DNA of 64,000 bases from Bigelowiella natans CCMP2755. Lineage: Eukaryota; Protista; Cercozoa. Positions 27,167 through 40,485 of the stretch are shown here, piece after piece. Where the stretch lies: contig ADNK01001816.1 of the NCBI GenBank assembly GCA_000320545.1, forward strand, positions 62,001-126,000, given 5' to 3'. The translations under genes and the position numbers were made by a program. Numbering within the stretch: position 1 is the stretch's first letter; every line of letters begins with the position of its first letter. Below the pieces are notes generated by a model. It did no database searches. It worked only from the letters and a program-made list of their open reading frames with translations, and was not told where the DNA came from.

Positions 27167-29200
27167 ATGGCGGCTGTAATGCGATCGTATGGCGCTTTCG
27201 GCCTTATCCTCTTGGTGATATTTGTGCTCACTCTGTTCTTTAACAGTTTTGTTGAGACAGAAAAGAGCGATTTTGATCGGATGCAGCGAGATTGGACACG
27301 AGAAGAGCACCATGTAATGGATGAGTTGCGCGCAACCATGGCAGAAATGAAAAAGTTGATTAAATCGAAGACAGACGCAGTGCCTACTTCTAGCAATGAT
27401 GACGTTGATGATATATATCCCACCGTTGATGAGCTTAGAGAGGCAGGTCTAGATGAAAGGGTTATCAACATCGTGCAAGAAGCGTTGTTGAAGAAAAGAG
27501 TGAATAAGAGGAAGAAGAAGAGTGGTAGTGGTTCCCTACTACTGAGACAGCAGCAGCGTCGATTAGAACAACAACAGCAGCAGCAGCAGCAAAAGCACTA
27601 TGCTTCTCAATTAAATGAAAAACTCAAAAATGAACCAACAGATCGTGTGAGAGTCATGCCGACACCTCCCCCGCAGGGTTATTCTTCTTCCTCTTCTTCA
27701 TCTAGTAATGATGCAGATGGTATTAAGACGCCGGAGGAAGCTCTCCTCAGAGACCCCCCCCCTGCAGAGGAGGATGAGGACAAAGCGAAATACGATAATA
27801 GGGGCCAGGGAAAAGACAAAGAAGAAGAAGGCGTTGGCAGAGCAGAACCTGAAAAATTAGAGGAGATTAAGCAAGAGATGGTACATGCTTGGAAAGCTTA
27901 TGAGCTTTATGCATGGGGGCGGGATGTAGTGAATCCTGTTTCAAGAAGAGGATCTGATGAGCAATACCGTATGGCTATTACGCTGCTCGATTCTCTCGAT
28001 ACATTGTGGATAATGGGGTTGAAAGATAAATTTAACAAAGGCGTCGAGTGGGTGAGAGACAGCTGCGTGTTTGGACGTCAGGAGGTCAGTGTATTCGAAA
28101 CCACAATTAGAGCATTAGGTGGGTTGTTGGCAGCATACCATCTCTCACAAGAGAAGATACTGCTCCAAAAAGCAGAAGAACTGGCCTTGAAAATGGAACC
28201 AGCATTTGACACTCCAACAGGATTTCCAAAGAGCACAGTGCGGTTGAGCACAGGAGAGTCGTGGTGTCCATCGTGGTCTCATAATTCAGCTTCCTTCTCG
28301 GAGGTAACATCTCTGTATCTTGAATGGAACTATCTATCACAGGCTACTAATAATCCAAGATTTACAAAAAGAGTAGAGAAGGTCATGGAGACGATGATCA
28401 AAATGCCAAAGATACAAGGATTGTACGCTCAATGGGTGAGCGTCGATACAGGACGTTTCACGTCTGGAGATATCACACTCGGATCTAGGGTAGACAGTGC
28501 ATACGAGTACCTTGAGAAAGCATGGAGATCTTCAGGAAGGAAAAGAAAAGATTTTCTCCAAGAGTATTTAGACCGTGTAGATTCAGTGGAAGAACACCTT
28601 ATTCGAAAGTCTAGCCCTAACGGTCTAACATACATTCAGCAGTGTACGTTCTCAAAGTCTCGATGTCATGGCCAGTTTGATCATCTTGTTTGCTTTGCAC
28701 CTGCTATGTTTGCATTGGGTGCTCAAGAACCTTTGAATCCTAAGAAGGAGAGGCATATGCAGCTTGCAAGAGAGCTCATGGAGACTTGTTGGCAATCATA
28801 TGCTAGAATGCCCACAGGTCTCGCTCCGGAAATCATCAAATTTGATAAGGGAGAGGACTTCTATGTCGATTCACGCGACACTCATAATCTATTGCGACCT
28901 GAAACAATTGAGTCTTTGTTTGTGATGTGGAGAGTGACGCATGAGCAGAAATACCGTGATCAGGCATGGTCTATTTTCAAATCGTTCCAAAAGTGGGCAA
29001 AAGTAGATAATGCGGGCTACTCAAGCCTCAATAGTGTCAAGATTCACTCTCTACAAGAACGTTCATTCCGCGACCATACAGAAAGCTTCTTTTTCGCAGA
29101 AACAATGAAATACCTCTATCTCATTTTCACCGATGATAGCGTGATGCCTGTGGACAAATATGTCTTCAATACTGAGGCTCATGCCTTCCCAATAACATAG
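27167..29200 (+). CDS. Class I alpha-1,2-mannosidase (GH47), type II membrane protein, intronless CDS
   Basis: 677-aa ORF with an N-terminal TM segment; HAWKAYELYAWGRD, TLLDSLDTLWIMG, VSVFETTIRALGGLL, DSAYEYL, DHLVCFAP, LLRPETIESLF, ESFFFAETMKYLYL, FNTEAH. Confidence 0.97.
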   Translation: MAAVMRSYGAFGLILLVIFVLTLFFNSFVETEKSDFDRMQRDWTREEHHVMDELRATMAEMKKLIKSKTDAVPTSSNDDVDDIYPTVDELREAGLDERVINIVQEALLKKRVNKRKKKSGSGSLLLRQQQRRLEQQQQQQQQKHYASQLNEKLKNEPTDRVRVMPTPPPQGYSSSSSSSSNDADGIKTPEEALLRDPPPAEEDEDKAKYDNRGQGKDKEEEGVGRAEPEKLEEIKQEMVHAWKAYELYAWGRDVVNPVSRRGSDEQYRMAITLLDSLDTLWIMGLKDKFNKGVEWVRDSCVFGRQEVSVFETTIRALGGLLAAYHLSQEKILLQKAEELALKMEPAFDTPTGFPKSTVRLSTGESWCPSWSHNSASFSEVTSLYLEWNYLSQATNNPRFTKRVEKVMETMIKMPKIQGLYAQWVSVDTGRFTSGDITLGSRVDSAYEYLEKAWRSSGRKRKDFLQEYLDRVDSVEEHLIRKSSPNGLTYIQQCTFSKSRCHGQFDHLVCFAPAMFALGAQEPLNPKKERHMQLARELMETCWQSYARMPTGLAPEIIKFDKGEDFYVDSRDTHNLLRPETIESLFVMWRVTHEQKYRDQAWSIFKSFQKWAKVDNAGYSSLNSVKIHSLQERSFRDHTESFFFAETMKYLYLIFTDDSVMPVDKYVFNTEAHAFPIT

Positions 29201-29207
29201 AAACAAC

Positions 29208-29240
<33 letters not shown>

Positions 29241-30585
29241 TAACAGTGCTGCGAGCTAGATTATTCCTTCTTGATTTCAAGGCAGTAGTCGTGCATAATG
29301 TGATGCCATACCTCGATTTGTATAGCAATATTATGTTTTGGTGCTATGTGGAATAGACAATTAATTTACTACAAGTCAGTACGATGAAGTTAGTTATTAG
29401 GGCATTCATTGCCATTCACCATGATGCTATACCACACTACTCAGTTATTCGTATGCTAACAATTCAGAAACAGTCTGAATGCATTGCTAGATTGGTGTGC
29501 CTTATGTTTCTCAGCTGACACAGCAGATCAAATTAGGGTATTACTAGCATACGATAATTGTGCAGCTACGAGCCAGCGTGTTACTTGTACAAAGGTACTT
29601 TATGGATTTTGGCATTCATATATGTAGTGTAGAGCTGCAGCTCATCATTGCTGTGGCATTCCACAACAAGCAAGCGTATACTACTTGTTCAACCTAAAGC
29701 CTTGCATTGTTGCTCCTGCGGTAGTTTATACGCACAGTTGTTGCGCGTGGCAGAATAGATGCGTGCTATGATCGACTATGCAAGTATGAGGCCGTGGATG
29801 TATGATGATCATTTCAACTATGATTTATGGAAATCCTAATTTACGTAGCCATGCAAACCAGCGCTAGAGCGGCCACAGCTAGACAGCGCTCAAATTGCAC
29901 ACACTGTATTTCTGTTGTGATGTCCTTTATGCATGCAACAAGCAAGCGGCAGAGTGGCGTAAGTGCACTACGTGCTGCGTGCTTGATGAGCGCTACTGCT
30001 GCGAGTTTGTTTCTGTTCCTTTGACAATCGCTTAGTTTCGTCATCTCTCTCCATTATGGCAGTTAACTGAATGCCAAGTCTAGTTTGTCATTGAGCATAC
30101 TCAGGATCATGCCATGTTTGTACGATGTACATGCATTGATTTCCTCCCATTGTGGACGTGAGCGCCGAGAGAACTTGAATGTGCCGCGACAATGAAAGCT
30201 CAGACGTATCGTACTAAGTGCGATATTGTTACGTTCGAATTCGCCATGAACATGAGTCTATTCCCTTCTTTCTATCAATGCATGCTGACTACTGCTGTTG
30301 CTGGTGGTGGTTTGCTAATGAACGATGGCAAGTGTTGGCACATTTCATCATATGTTCCACACGACGACAACGAATCGATGTTGTTGAAGTCATGGAGATG
30401 TAGCTATCGTATGCTTATTCAAAGGTTGATTATCTTCAGTGATGCTTTTTACATGATGAGTCTGTGTATCCATTCCATACATTGTTAGTGCTGCTTGTGA
30501 ATGGCCATGAGAGACGAGGGTAGTAGGTAATAACTGGCATAGTAGTATCCTTATCATCATAATTCTAATTCTATCCTCCTTGAAT

Positions 30586-30634
<49 letters not shown>

Positions 30635-30834
30635 TATATGACACTGCTGTATGCATGTAGTAAATACCAGCTACTTGAACACCCAAGCGAAGAAGTAGGC
30701 CTTTGATTGTAGGTAGATAGAGGGTAGGTAAACAGCAACTGTGAGTATAATGCCATTTGATATTATTCAACACTTTGAGGAGTAGTAGTAGTAGTATTCT
30801 ATTTGATGATTTTATCAAAAGCAGCATAATTTGA

Positions 30835-30866
<32 letters not shown>

Positions 30867-30879
30867 TATACCTCCTTCA

Positions 30880-30952
30880 TCAGAGTTGGTGCGAGATCTT
30901 GAACAATACGTACAAAACAAGAGGAATCCCTGATTGATGATGATAATGATGA

Positions 30953-30986
<34 letters not shown>

Positions 30987-31538
30987 TGTGTTGTATTCAT
31001 TATCATCATCATCATCATATTCAAAGAAGGAAGCACAACCTGCTCCGAAAGCGAAGTTACGCACAACTACTCCAAGAAAGTAATTATTGAATTCTGCCAG
31101 TTGAAAGTAGCATCACAGAATAGGAGGCAAATAGACAACCACGCATCATCATCAGATATCATACCATATGATTAGCCCTCTTCCTATTATATGAATCATC
31201 ACTGTAATTTCTTATTATCGTCAGTAAACAACCAGAGAATACTACTACCTTCATCTCCGGCCACTTTAAAATCGTCGCTGTACCTAGATTATGGTAGCAT
31301 GATGATGATGACATGGAGTGAAGAGGAGGACAACGAATAAGAAGAAGAAGAACAACAACAACACAACATGGATGGCTGCCTCTATATTATATTATTCATA
31401 TTTAAGTTATCATCATCATTATCATCATCATCATCATCATCAGTACTGTGTGAGCTCGGAACGTGTCATTGCGGAGTTAACATCGAAGTACCAAGATATT
31501 GCATTCTATGAGTAAGTGTAGTGGTATAGTAGTAGTAA

Positions 31539-31569
<31 letters not shown>

Positions 31570-31610
31570 TGTAGTACCAAGGAAAGAAGGGATTAGAAAA
31601 TGAATTTGTT

Positions 31611-31677
<67 letters not shown>

Positions 31678-31789
31678 ACAGTGTAGTCCACAAAGTTGTT
31701 GTTTTTATTGTTGTTGTTGCTGCTGTATAGGGTTGGTAGTAGATGGATAAGGATGGAGACTACATTATCATGCCAATCCCCTATCAATA

Positions 31790-31824
<35 letters not shown>

Positions 31825-31848
31825 TATCATGCCAATCCCCTATCAATA

Positions 31849-31885
<37 letters not shown>

Positions 31886-31962
31886 GCATCACTACCACCC
31901 ATAATATATACCTACTTTGACTTTAAATTAAGTATGCAGCACCAGTAGTACAAATGCAGAGT

Positions 31963-32005
<43 letters not shown>

Positions 32006-32501
32006 ATATTGCTATTATTATTATTGCTGTAGGTCGGTATTGTTCTGATATCCTTCACGAATAATGATACTACCCATCACAGTGTCAATATAATTCGTAT
32101 GGTGTGCGTATTATCGTCGTGTGTGTGTATAGTAATTAATATTTATCATATCGTCAAATATTCTACTATCGCTCACACATCTACATTACTAGTACTACTG
32201 GTTGATGATGGTACTGTTACCTCTGTTGTCCTCATAGCCATGAGGAGATTATATACACTTATCACGTCGTCAATATCAAACCCTATATACACCAAAGCAG
32301 TAGTAGCAGTAGTAGTAGTGGTAAATATTTTCTTCTTCTTCTTTTCCTTCTTTTTCTTGGTGTTCTTCTTCTTCTCATGTAGTAATTATAATATAATAAC
32401 TGGCATTTCTTCCATTAATTAGAATGCAACAAGCAGTATCATCACCATCATTTGTATCATGCATTTCTCCTAATGATCATCATGCTTAATAATAGTAATA
32501 A

Positions 32502-32535
<34 letters not shown>

Positions 32536-35050
32536 GTTGTTGTTATTGTTGTTGTTGTTGTTGTTGTTGTTGCTGCTGCTGCTTCTGCTGTTGTGAAAAT
32601 ACAACCGTTCATAATTATATCCTCATGTTCCAGAACCTAATGTGGGGTAGTTGTAGTATTGTAAGTAGTAGTAGTAGTATCACCCCTTCAAATAATCCAC
32701 ACATCATATACTCGACCAAACATGCATAATAATATTAGTAATATTAATAGTATTTTGACGACTTGAAGCATATAATAATGAATTGCCAATTAAACACTAC
32801 CTCTCCCTTCATAGATGTCTTAAAAACAGATAATATATCTACAGAGCCTAATTAAACCATCATCCATCATTTCACACCAAACAAAGAAGAAGAAGAAGAG
32901 AAGAAGAAGATGCTGATGATGGAGGAGGGAGAAGAAAAAGACTATCATATCAGTAGCAAAAGTAGTACTATATCAAGCATATAGATCATGATATAGAAAG
33001 TACTTAGTAGCCGTTAGCTATATAAACAACCCGTCTTTCTTCCTCCTCTCTCCTGTGTCTCTCTTCTTCCTCTTTTAGATGTGATATTATCGTGTATGAA
33101 TCGAATCGTGTGCAGCATTTAAACAATGCAATCCTAATTTTCTGTGCTTCTTCTTCTTCTTCTTCTCTTTCCCCTCCCCTCACACATGATGATGCTAATG
33201 ATAGCATCACATTTAAGTTTTTTGGGATCTTCTTGCGAGATTGCAGCATCTTGAGGAAGCTTTCGCACACCAACTCGCACTGGCAATCTTAAGTAGTAGT
33301 AGCAGAAGTAGTAGCAGTAGTAGTTGTTGTTGTACAAGTGATAGATTGTGGATTTTGGAACATATTCTTGTTATTATTGCTGCTGCTGCTGCTGCTGCTA
33401 CTACTACTACGAGTTGAATGATGGTAGTTGTTTGTTATTATCACGCTGATAGTACTATTACTACTCTCCTTCTACAACTACATTACAATACGTCAAATAA
33501 TAGTTGTATTACGGTATGGGTGCCAGGAACTCAACGCGCCATCTGAGCAATACCTATTGGTGCGAAGTAAGTTCAAATTTATTGAATGAATTAATCGGCG
33601 ATAATATCTTACAATGTAAAGTAGTGAGTACTACATACATGTACGTACTATTACATAAACAAATCAACAAACACTAGTAGATGAGATATACTACTATCAC
33701 CACCTCGTTTTGTCCTAAGCTTGTACGATCAATTTCTTCAACTCTCAGCTGTGTAAGTGTAAGTGTGTAAGTGAAAGAAGAAGAAGAAGAAGAAGAAGAA
33801 GAAGAAGAAGAGAATATATGTGAACACGATGTGGATATATAGATTTTAGTCTAGAGATCAAATTGACCACTATCATTAGATTATTATCCACAAAAATAAT
33901 GAAAACAATTATGTAGAGGGGAGGGAGAAGAGATTGGCAGACAACGACTGTCTCTTCTTCTTGATCTTCTTCTATGATACAGCAACAACAACTTTACTGT
34001 AAAATTTGATGAGATTTGCGCCCCCCCCGCCCCCCCTATTTTTTTTTATCTTTGTTCTCCTCTTTCTCTCCCTTGCTGCCTCTACTACAGCACCTTTTCG
34101 AGAGTGTTGGGGATGTTATGTTTCCATGTTTCTAGCGTATTCTGGTAGTTCGTGCCTTTATTATTGCAATAACAATAATGAGAAGAAGAAGAAGAAGAAG
34201 CAGTAGTAGCAGTACTTGTAAGGACATTCATTAATAACATTACTGCAAGTTGTGATTTCCATGAGCAAGTATTTACTACTTCTCTCTTTTTTTCCCTAAC
34301 CCTCCTCCTGCCCCTCTATAGTAGTACCTTTTAGGTTGATTAGTCCAAAAGGTCCTCGATATATCGTTTTTGCCGTTACACTAAAAAAAAATTTTTCTGT
34401 TGATGATGCCTGCTCCTTCTTTGAAGAAGAAGATGGGGAAGGAGACTTGGAAGAACTTAGCCAAGGCTGAGGAGGAGTAGGGGGAGGAGGAAGAGGCGCA
34501 GGGGTTAATATGACGATGATGATTATGAGGATGATATAATAGAATAATTAATCAGACAAGGGAGAGGCTCCTTCATCGAGCATAAACTCACAAACACTTG
34601 ATGATGATGATGATAATGATGATGATGATGATGAATGATGATGATGGAACTATTAGAGCAACATGCTCTTAATAATAGACTCGAAGACTACTACTACTAC
34701 TACACACCCCGTTAGTGTGTACTACACGTAAGCTGCGAATACAATAATAGCAGCCATAGCGTGATTGTTGGAAATACTAACACAGTTCTGACCTGGATGA
34801 TGACCGAATTTGTTTGGCTGCTGCTCTCTCCAGCAGTAGCTCTAATATCGTCGCTACTGTCATCATAGCCGCTTTTTGTCCTAATGCACTGTCGTACTGG
34901 TATGGTCGACTGTATCCTACCCCCATATCTTTTCAGTTGCATAATTCTGTCTTTTTTTATCATTTGTTGCGGAGCCATGCTGTGCTCAAGAAACCCCCCT
35001 GTGGTGATAGCTGGTAGAAAATAGGATAGAAATAGTAGAATAACTCTCTT

Positions 35051-35106
<56 letters not shown>

Positions 35107-35390
35107 AAGAAGAATGACGAATGATATGATGTTCGTGGTAATAATAATAAGAGGAAGAAGAGGATGCAGGAAATCTATGTATGATGAGCTGTGGACAACG
35201 AGCTTCCAAGTGAAGAAGCATCCAAGCTTTTGTTCTTACTCGGAGATAATCTCTTCCACTCCCCTCCTAGGCGCCCACCGTTAGCCAGGCAGTGCCCGTA
35301 GCCCAATAACAGGAGGACGAATGCATCGACCATGAGCGACGAGGGAAGGGGGCGACTACGCGACGGAGGCAGGCGACGATTGGGTTTCAC
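30880..35390 (-). CDS. Hypothetical targeted protein with an NTF2/SnoaL-like (DUF2358-like) core and a C-terminal TM helix
   Basis: Mostly in-phase micro-exons: VTAKTIYRGPFGLINLK|ETWKHNIPNTLEK|LRVEEIDRTSLGQNE|VLLRWRVEFLAPIP|LPVRVGVR...|VLEHEDIIMNG|FDIDDVISVYNLLMAMRTTE|NAISWYFDVNSAMTRSELTQ|YSDDFKVAGDE|EFNNYFLGVVVRNFAFGAG|IPLVLYVLFKISHQL*. Signal-like N-terminus MVDAFVLLLLGYGHCLA. One junction (33.2-32.6 kb) unresolved. Confidence 0.65.
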
Positions 35391-35696
35391 AGGCGGTTTT
35401 TGCTATTTCTGCTCGTTTAATTCTTCGGCATTTAGTAGATCCCCATTGAAGTTGTCTTATATTAGCGTTATATCGGTAATATCTAGTATATATTTTTATC
35501 CATTGGTGGGTGATGTTGTTAAAAGTTGTTGTAATTGTTCCCACCACCAAAAAGAAGAAGAAGAAGAAGGAGAGAGGTACTCATTACCTATCCCTCCCTA
35601 CCATCATCACCAACTTTCCCTAAAAGAAAACAGGATCCTTCACTTCTTCTTCGGAATAGCCTTATTCGAATAAGGGAGGACAATCAAATAGTCAGC

Positions 35697-36070
35697 ATGA
35701 GTTTCCATGCACCATTTTCAAGAGACTATAGACAATGGCAAGCAAGGGGGGGGATGAAACGCTCAAGTAGTAGTAGTAGGGTACTTTATTTTCGTGTTGC
35801 AGTAGTAGCAGCAATGGTGCCTCTTCTCCACCTTATTTCATCTAGAATGATCTCTATTGAAGCAGTGGCAGCAGTTTATTCACAGCATAGAGCAGGATTC
35901 ATCCCCCCACTGAGGAACAACGCCTTTTTAGCAAACGCTCCTAATAGTGCTGCTATTGGTACTGGTGGTGGTAATTCTTCTCCTTCTCCTTCTTCGTCTT
36001 CTGTGGGACAAGGACGACTCCGTTCAGACTTCTTGAGGGTATATAATAGCAAGATCAAGGGCCTCCTATC

Positions 36071-36106
<36 letters not shown>

Positions 36107-36839
36107 TGGTTGTGACGATGGTTCTTCTCTTCTCGCACCTAAATTGGCATTATCGTCGTCATCATTTAAGAAACGAATTCAAACGAGGGGAGGAGCAAGG
36201 CGTGTTGACATGGCGGTATGAGATATGAATTCGTAGTAGTGTACATAGTTGCATGATGATGACATGGCGGTATGATGTATGAATTCGTAGTAGTGTACCG
36301 TGTTGACATGGCGGTATGAGATATGAATTCGTAGTAGTGTACCGTGTTGACATGGAGGTATGAGATATGAATTCGTAGTAGTTTAATATAGTTGCATGAT
36401 GATACGATGCATGTAGTAGTAGTACTAGTAGTAGTAGTAGCAGCAGTAGTTTTGCATATCTTCTTTGTTGTATAATGCGTAATGTTATTTGTTTGGGATG
36501 ATGACGACAACACACAGAGTATAGAAATTAATATGTGGAAATAATTGCTGAGATATCTAGCTCTCTCCTTATTGATGGCCGCTTTATCATCATTATTATG
36601 AAATGATAATATTTATAATAATGGCTTTGTTATTCTTGTTTTGCTGCTATGATCCATTTCCCAGGAGATAGAAGATGATATACTTTGTCCAGACGGTGGC
36701 CTTATTGAAGAACAACGTTTGGTTAATATGATGAATAATATCAACAAGAATGGAGATATTATAAGTACCACTAGTAGCTTGAAAGCAGTCTTAAAGGTAA
36801 ACTTAGTTGATTTGCAACACCAACACACGCACACGCACA

Positions 36840-36884
<45 letters not shown>

Positions 36885-37552
36885 AATGCATATATGTATG
36901 TCCTCGCACTCTTCTTCTGTAGGCAGAGAAAGGTAATGGTGATGAGGCCATGAACAGAGTCGTATGGTGTAGAAACCAACATGATATGGAGAGGAAAAAG
37001 GTAGCAAATAAACAACAACATTCATCACTATCTACTTCTAATTCACTTTCCCTCTCTCTCTCTCTCTCCCTTGCTTTTTATTATCAAGCGTAAATGGTAA
37101 ATATGAATATGATTTCGAGAAATAATTGACCTAATTAGGTTGGTGAGGTTCCATCCTTATACAAGAGCAAATATCGTAGACAATACGTATTCTGTGATGT
37201 GTGTGCGGCCAAAGACATTCATTTACACAGCAAAGGCTATTATCACTGCTCATCCTGTCGGTTTGATGTGTGCGAGACCTGCGCCAAGCAACAACCGTAA
37301 TAATAAGAATAAGAATAATAATAGTAAAACTTATTTATTGTAACAATAATAATAATAATAATATAATGCGCTCAATCTCTAAATCATGAGGCAGGATATC
37401 AGGCAAACTACAATAATATGACAATCAGATCATAGTGGCACACACCCACACACACGTACGTACGAATAGGTTTGGCCGTAGAAAGGAGGATGGAGGAATG
37501 ATGTTTAAAGGAATGCCCATTCAAGACATGTATACAGAGAATAGGAAGGTAC

Positions 37553-37584
<32 letters not shown>

Positions 37585-37855
37585 TTTGGACCTATTGGTG
37601 ATGGAAAATAATAGTGATTATAAGAATGAATGAGGATGATCATGATGATAATCATACGGAGAATAGAAAAGCTATTGGAGATGTTAGTAATTATAATAAA
37701 GATAGAAACATACTCACAAATCATCATCATCATTACAAAGGCTCGTTTGAGAAGCATGATAAAGAACCGTCAGAAGGGCATTGTTGTTGTGCTGGAACAC
37801 ATTGGAAACTATGAGAATGCTGCTGCAGTGATACGTAGCTGTGATGCATTTGGGG

Positions 37856-37892
<37 letters not shown>

Positions 37893-38022
37893 CATATTGT
37901 GATGATGTTCTGAGAATAAATGATAATGATGATAATGATGATGGTGGTGGTTGTGGTAGTAGACAAGCACAACAATAACAACACACTACTATTACTACTA
38001 CTACTACTACTACAGGTAGCAG

Positions 38023-38058
<36 letters not shown>

Positions 38059-38081
38059 GTTGTGGCACAACAATAACAACA

Positions 38082-38114
<33 letters not shown>

Positions 38115-38160
38115 AGGTAGCAGAGGTTTGGTTCGTGCGATCTAAAAACGACGGTATGTG

Positions 38161-38196
<36 letters not shown>

Positions 38197-39244
38197 GTGT
38201 TGGGAGGAGGAGGAGGAGGAGCAAAGGGTTAGAAGAAGGAAGTATATTGCAACTGCATCATGTTGTTGATAGTAGTAGCAGTAGTAGTAGAAGTAGATGT
38301 GCTGCTGCTCAAATTATTCAAATCGAGATACGACTGATGATGCTTGTAATATACCAATTTCTATAAGTACACACACACACACACACACACACAAATACGG
38401 AGAAAAAGAGAGAGAGGGAGAGATAGAAAAGGGGGTGGGTAGGTAGCAGCTACACTTGGGTTCTGAGTATGCTGATTTAAGGAGGAGGAGGAGGAGGAGG
38501 AGGAGGAGGAGGAGGGTTCAATCATCTTTAATGAGTACATGTATGAGTTGTACATAATAATCATTAGTAGTAGTTAATAATACCCAGCGGGAGACCATAT
38601 TTGCTCCCCATCCTCTCTCCATTCTATCATACATCAACATCCTCCTCCTCCTCCTCTTCTTCTCCTTTCTATAATTTGTGCATAATAATAAGGCAAAAAT
38701 CGATTGGAAAATGCTCTCAAGAGGTGAAAAAGACAAGTGTTCTTCTATCAACCTAGAGACAATCAATATATCGTTTGAGTATGATGATAATCCTTGTAGT
38801 AGTGAAAGAAGCTAACACAAGTAGACAACAGCTTAACTCGAATCAATTATACATGGATTGATGAGAAAGACAGTTATAGTTGTTGTAGTTGTTTGTTCTT
38901 ACCAGGTGGTTGTTGTTGTTGTTGTTGTTGTTGTTGTCGTTATTGTTGTTGTATATTTGATGTGTTAGTGATACATTCCAGGCAATTAGCGTTGGAGCAG
39001 TGAGATGGATTCAAACGAGGGTGATGGATAAATTTTATGTATATCATATCGTATAATACTCCGTATAATGTGTAGAAGGAAGTGTATGTTCGTTGGATAG
39101 TAAGTCTGTTGTGTAGAAGGAACTCTATATTCGTTGGATAGTAAGTCAAGAAGAATAAGAAGATATAGAAGAACATAAAACAACATAAAATAATATATAT
39201 CTTCCAACTATAATTAACATCATATTATAAATTGACAATGTAAA

Positions 39245-39284
<40 letters not shown>

Positions 39285-39669
39285 GTGTGTGTGTGTGTGT
39301 GTGTGTGTAACATTCTTCTACTGGTACTACTACTTCTCTCTATGCTACCATTCTACCAGATATTTGACAGTACAAAGGCGTGTTTTGAGGAGCTTAACGC
39401 TCTTGGGTATGGAAAGAAGATGCTATATGTTTAAAAAGGAAGGGGGTGCTAATTTTCATTACTTGACGTTGCGGCTGTTTGACTTTTATCTGTTGGGATG
39501 GGGTATTTTGCTCCTTTTACTTACTGACTAAAGTATGTTGTGTTTTATTATTTTAAACAATCATTCAAAGATATAAGTCATTTGCTACTTGTTTGCGGGA
39601 GGACAGCGTATCTTTGTAATAAAACAACAAATGATCTCCTATTAATGAATCATCCTACTCTTCTGCCAA

Positions 39670-39714
<45 letters not shown>

Positions 39715-40028
39715 AAGATAATAATTGTTTTTCTTTCTCGAGCATCATCATCATCATCATTATCATCATCATCATCATAGTATGAATTATCTTATCTTTT
39801 AATGAGAGTCGCAATGAAGAATGATCATGATCCTAACGTTCAGATATGATGAGGGTACTAATATTGATGGTTCAAAGATTGCACTCTGGATGGGAAATGA
39901 AGTGCTCTTACTTACTACTCCAATTCAACAATTAAGCATGCAGCATTAAAATCCATAACTTCACATACTTTCTCTCTCTCTCCTTCCCTCCCCCTCCCCC
40001 CCTCTCTATCTTTCTCTCTCTGTGTGTG

Positions 40029-40071
<43 letters not shown>

Positions 40072-40442
40072 ACAACTACTACTTATAGAAACGAGGACTT
40101 TCAGAAGAAGCTATGGAGCTATCTAACGTGTGTGTTATGCTTCCAATGAAAGGAATGGTATTATTTATCATCATACTTGCATCATACAACGGATATGTAT
40201 ATGTTCTATCTATCTATATGTGATTGATGTTAATATTCGTCGTCACATTATTATTCTTATTATTATTATTATTATAATTATTATTATCATGATCTCATTC
40301 CCATATTTCCATTATCAGGTTCAAAGCTTGAATCTATCCACTGCTGCTGCCATATTCTTGGCAGAGATCATGCGACAACGCTCTGTTCGTAGTAGCAAGG
40401 ATCCCAACCATGATAATAAGTAGTATTGGCCATTATATGCTG

Positions 40443-40485
<43 letters not shown>

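Noticed and set aside
31444-31512. Plus-strand AG/GT-bounded thioredoxin-like exon (YCVSSERVIAELTSKYQDIAFYE)
   Set aside because: The minus-strand reading (NAISWYFDVNSAMTRSELTQ) joins in phase with both neighbouring exons, and no other plus-strand thioredoxin exons were found.
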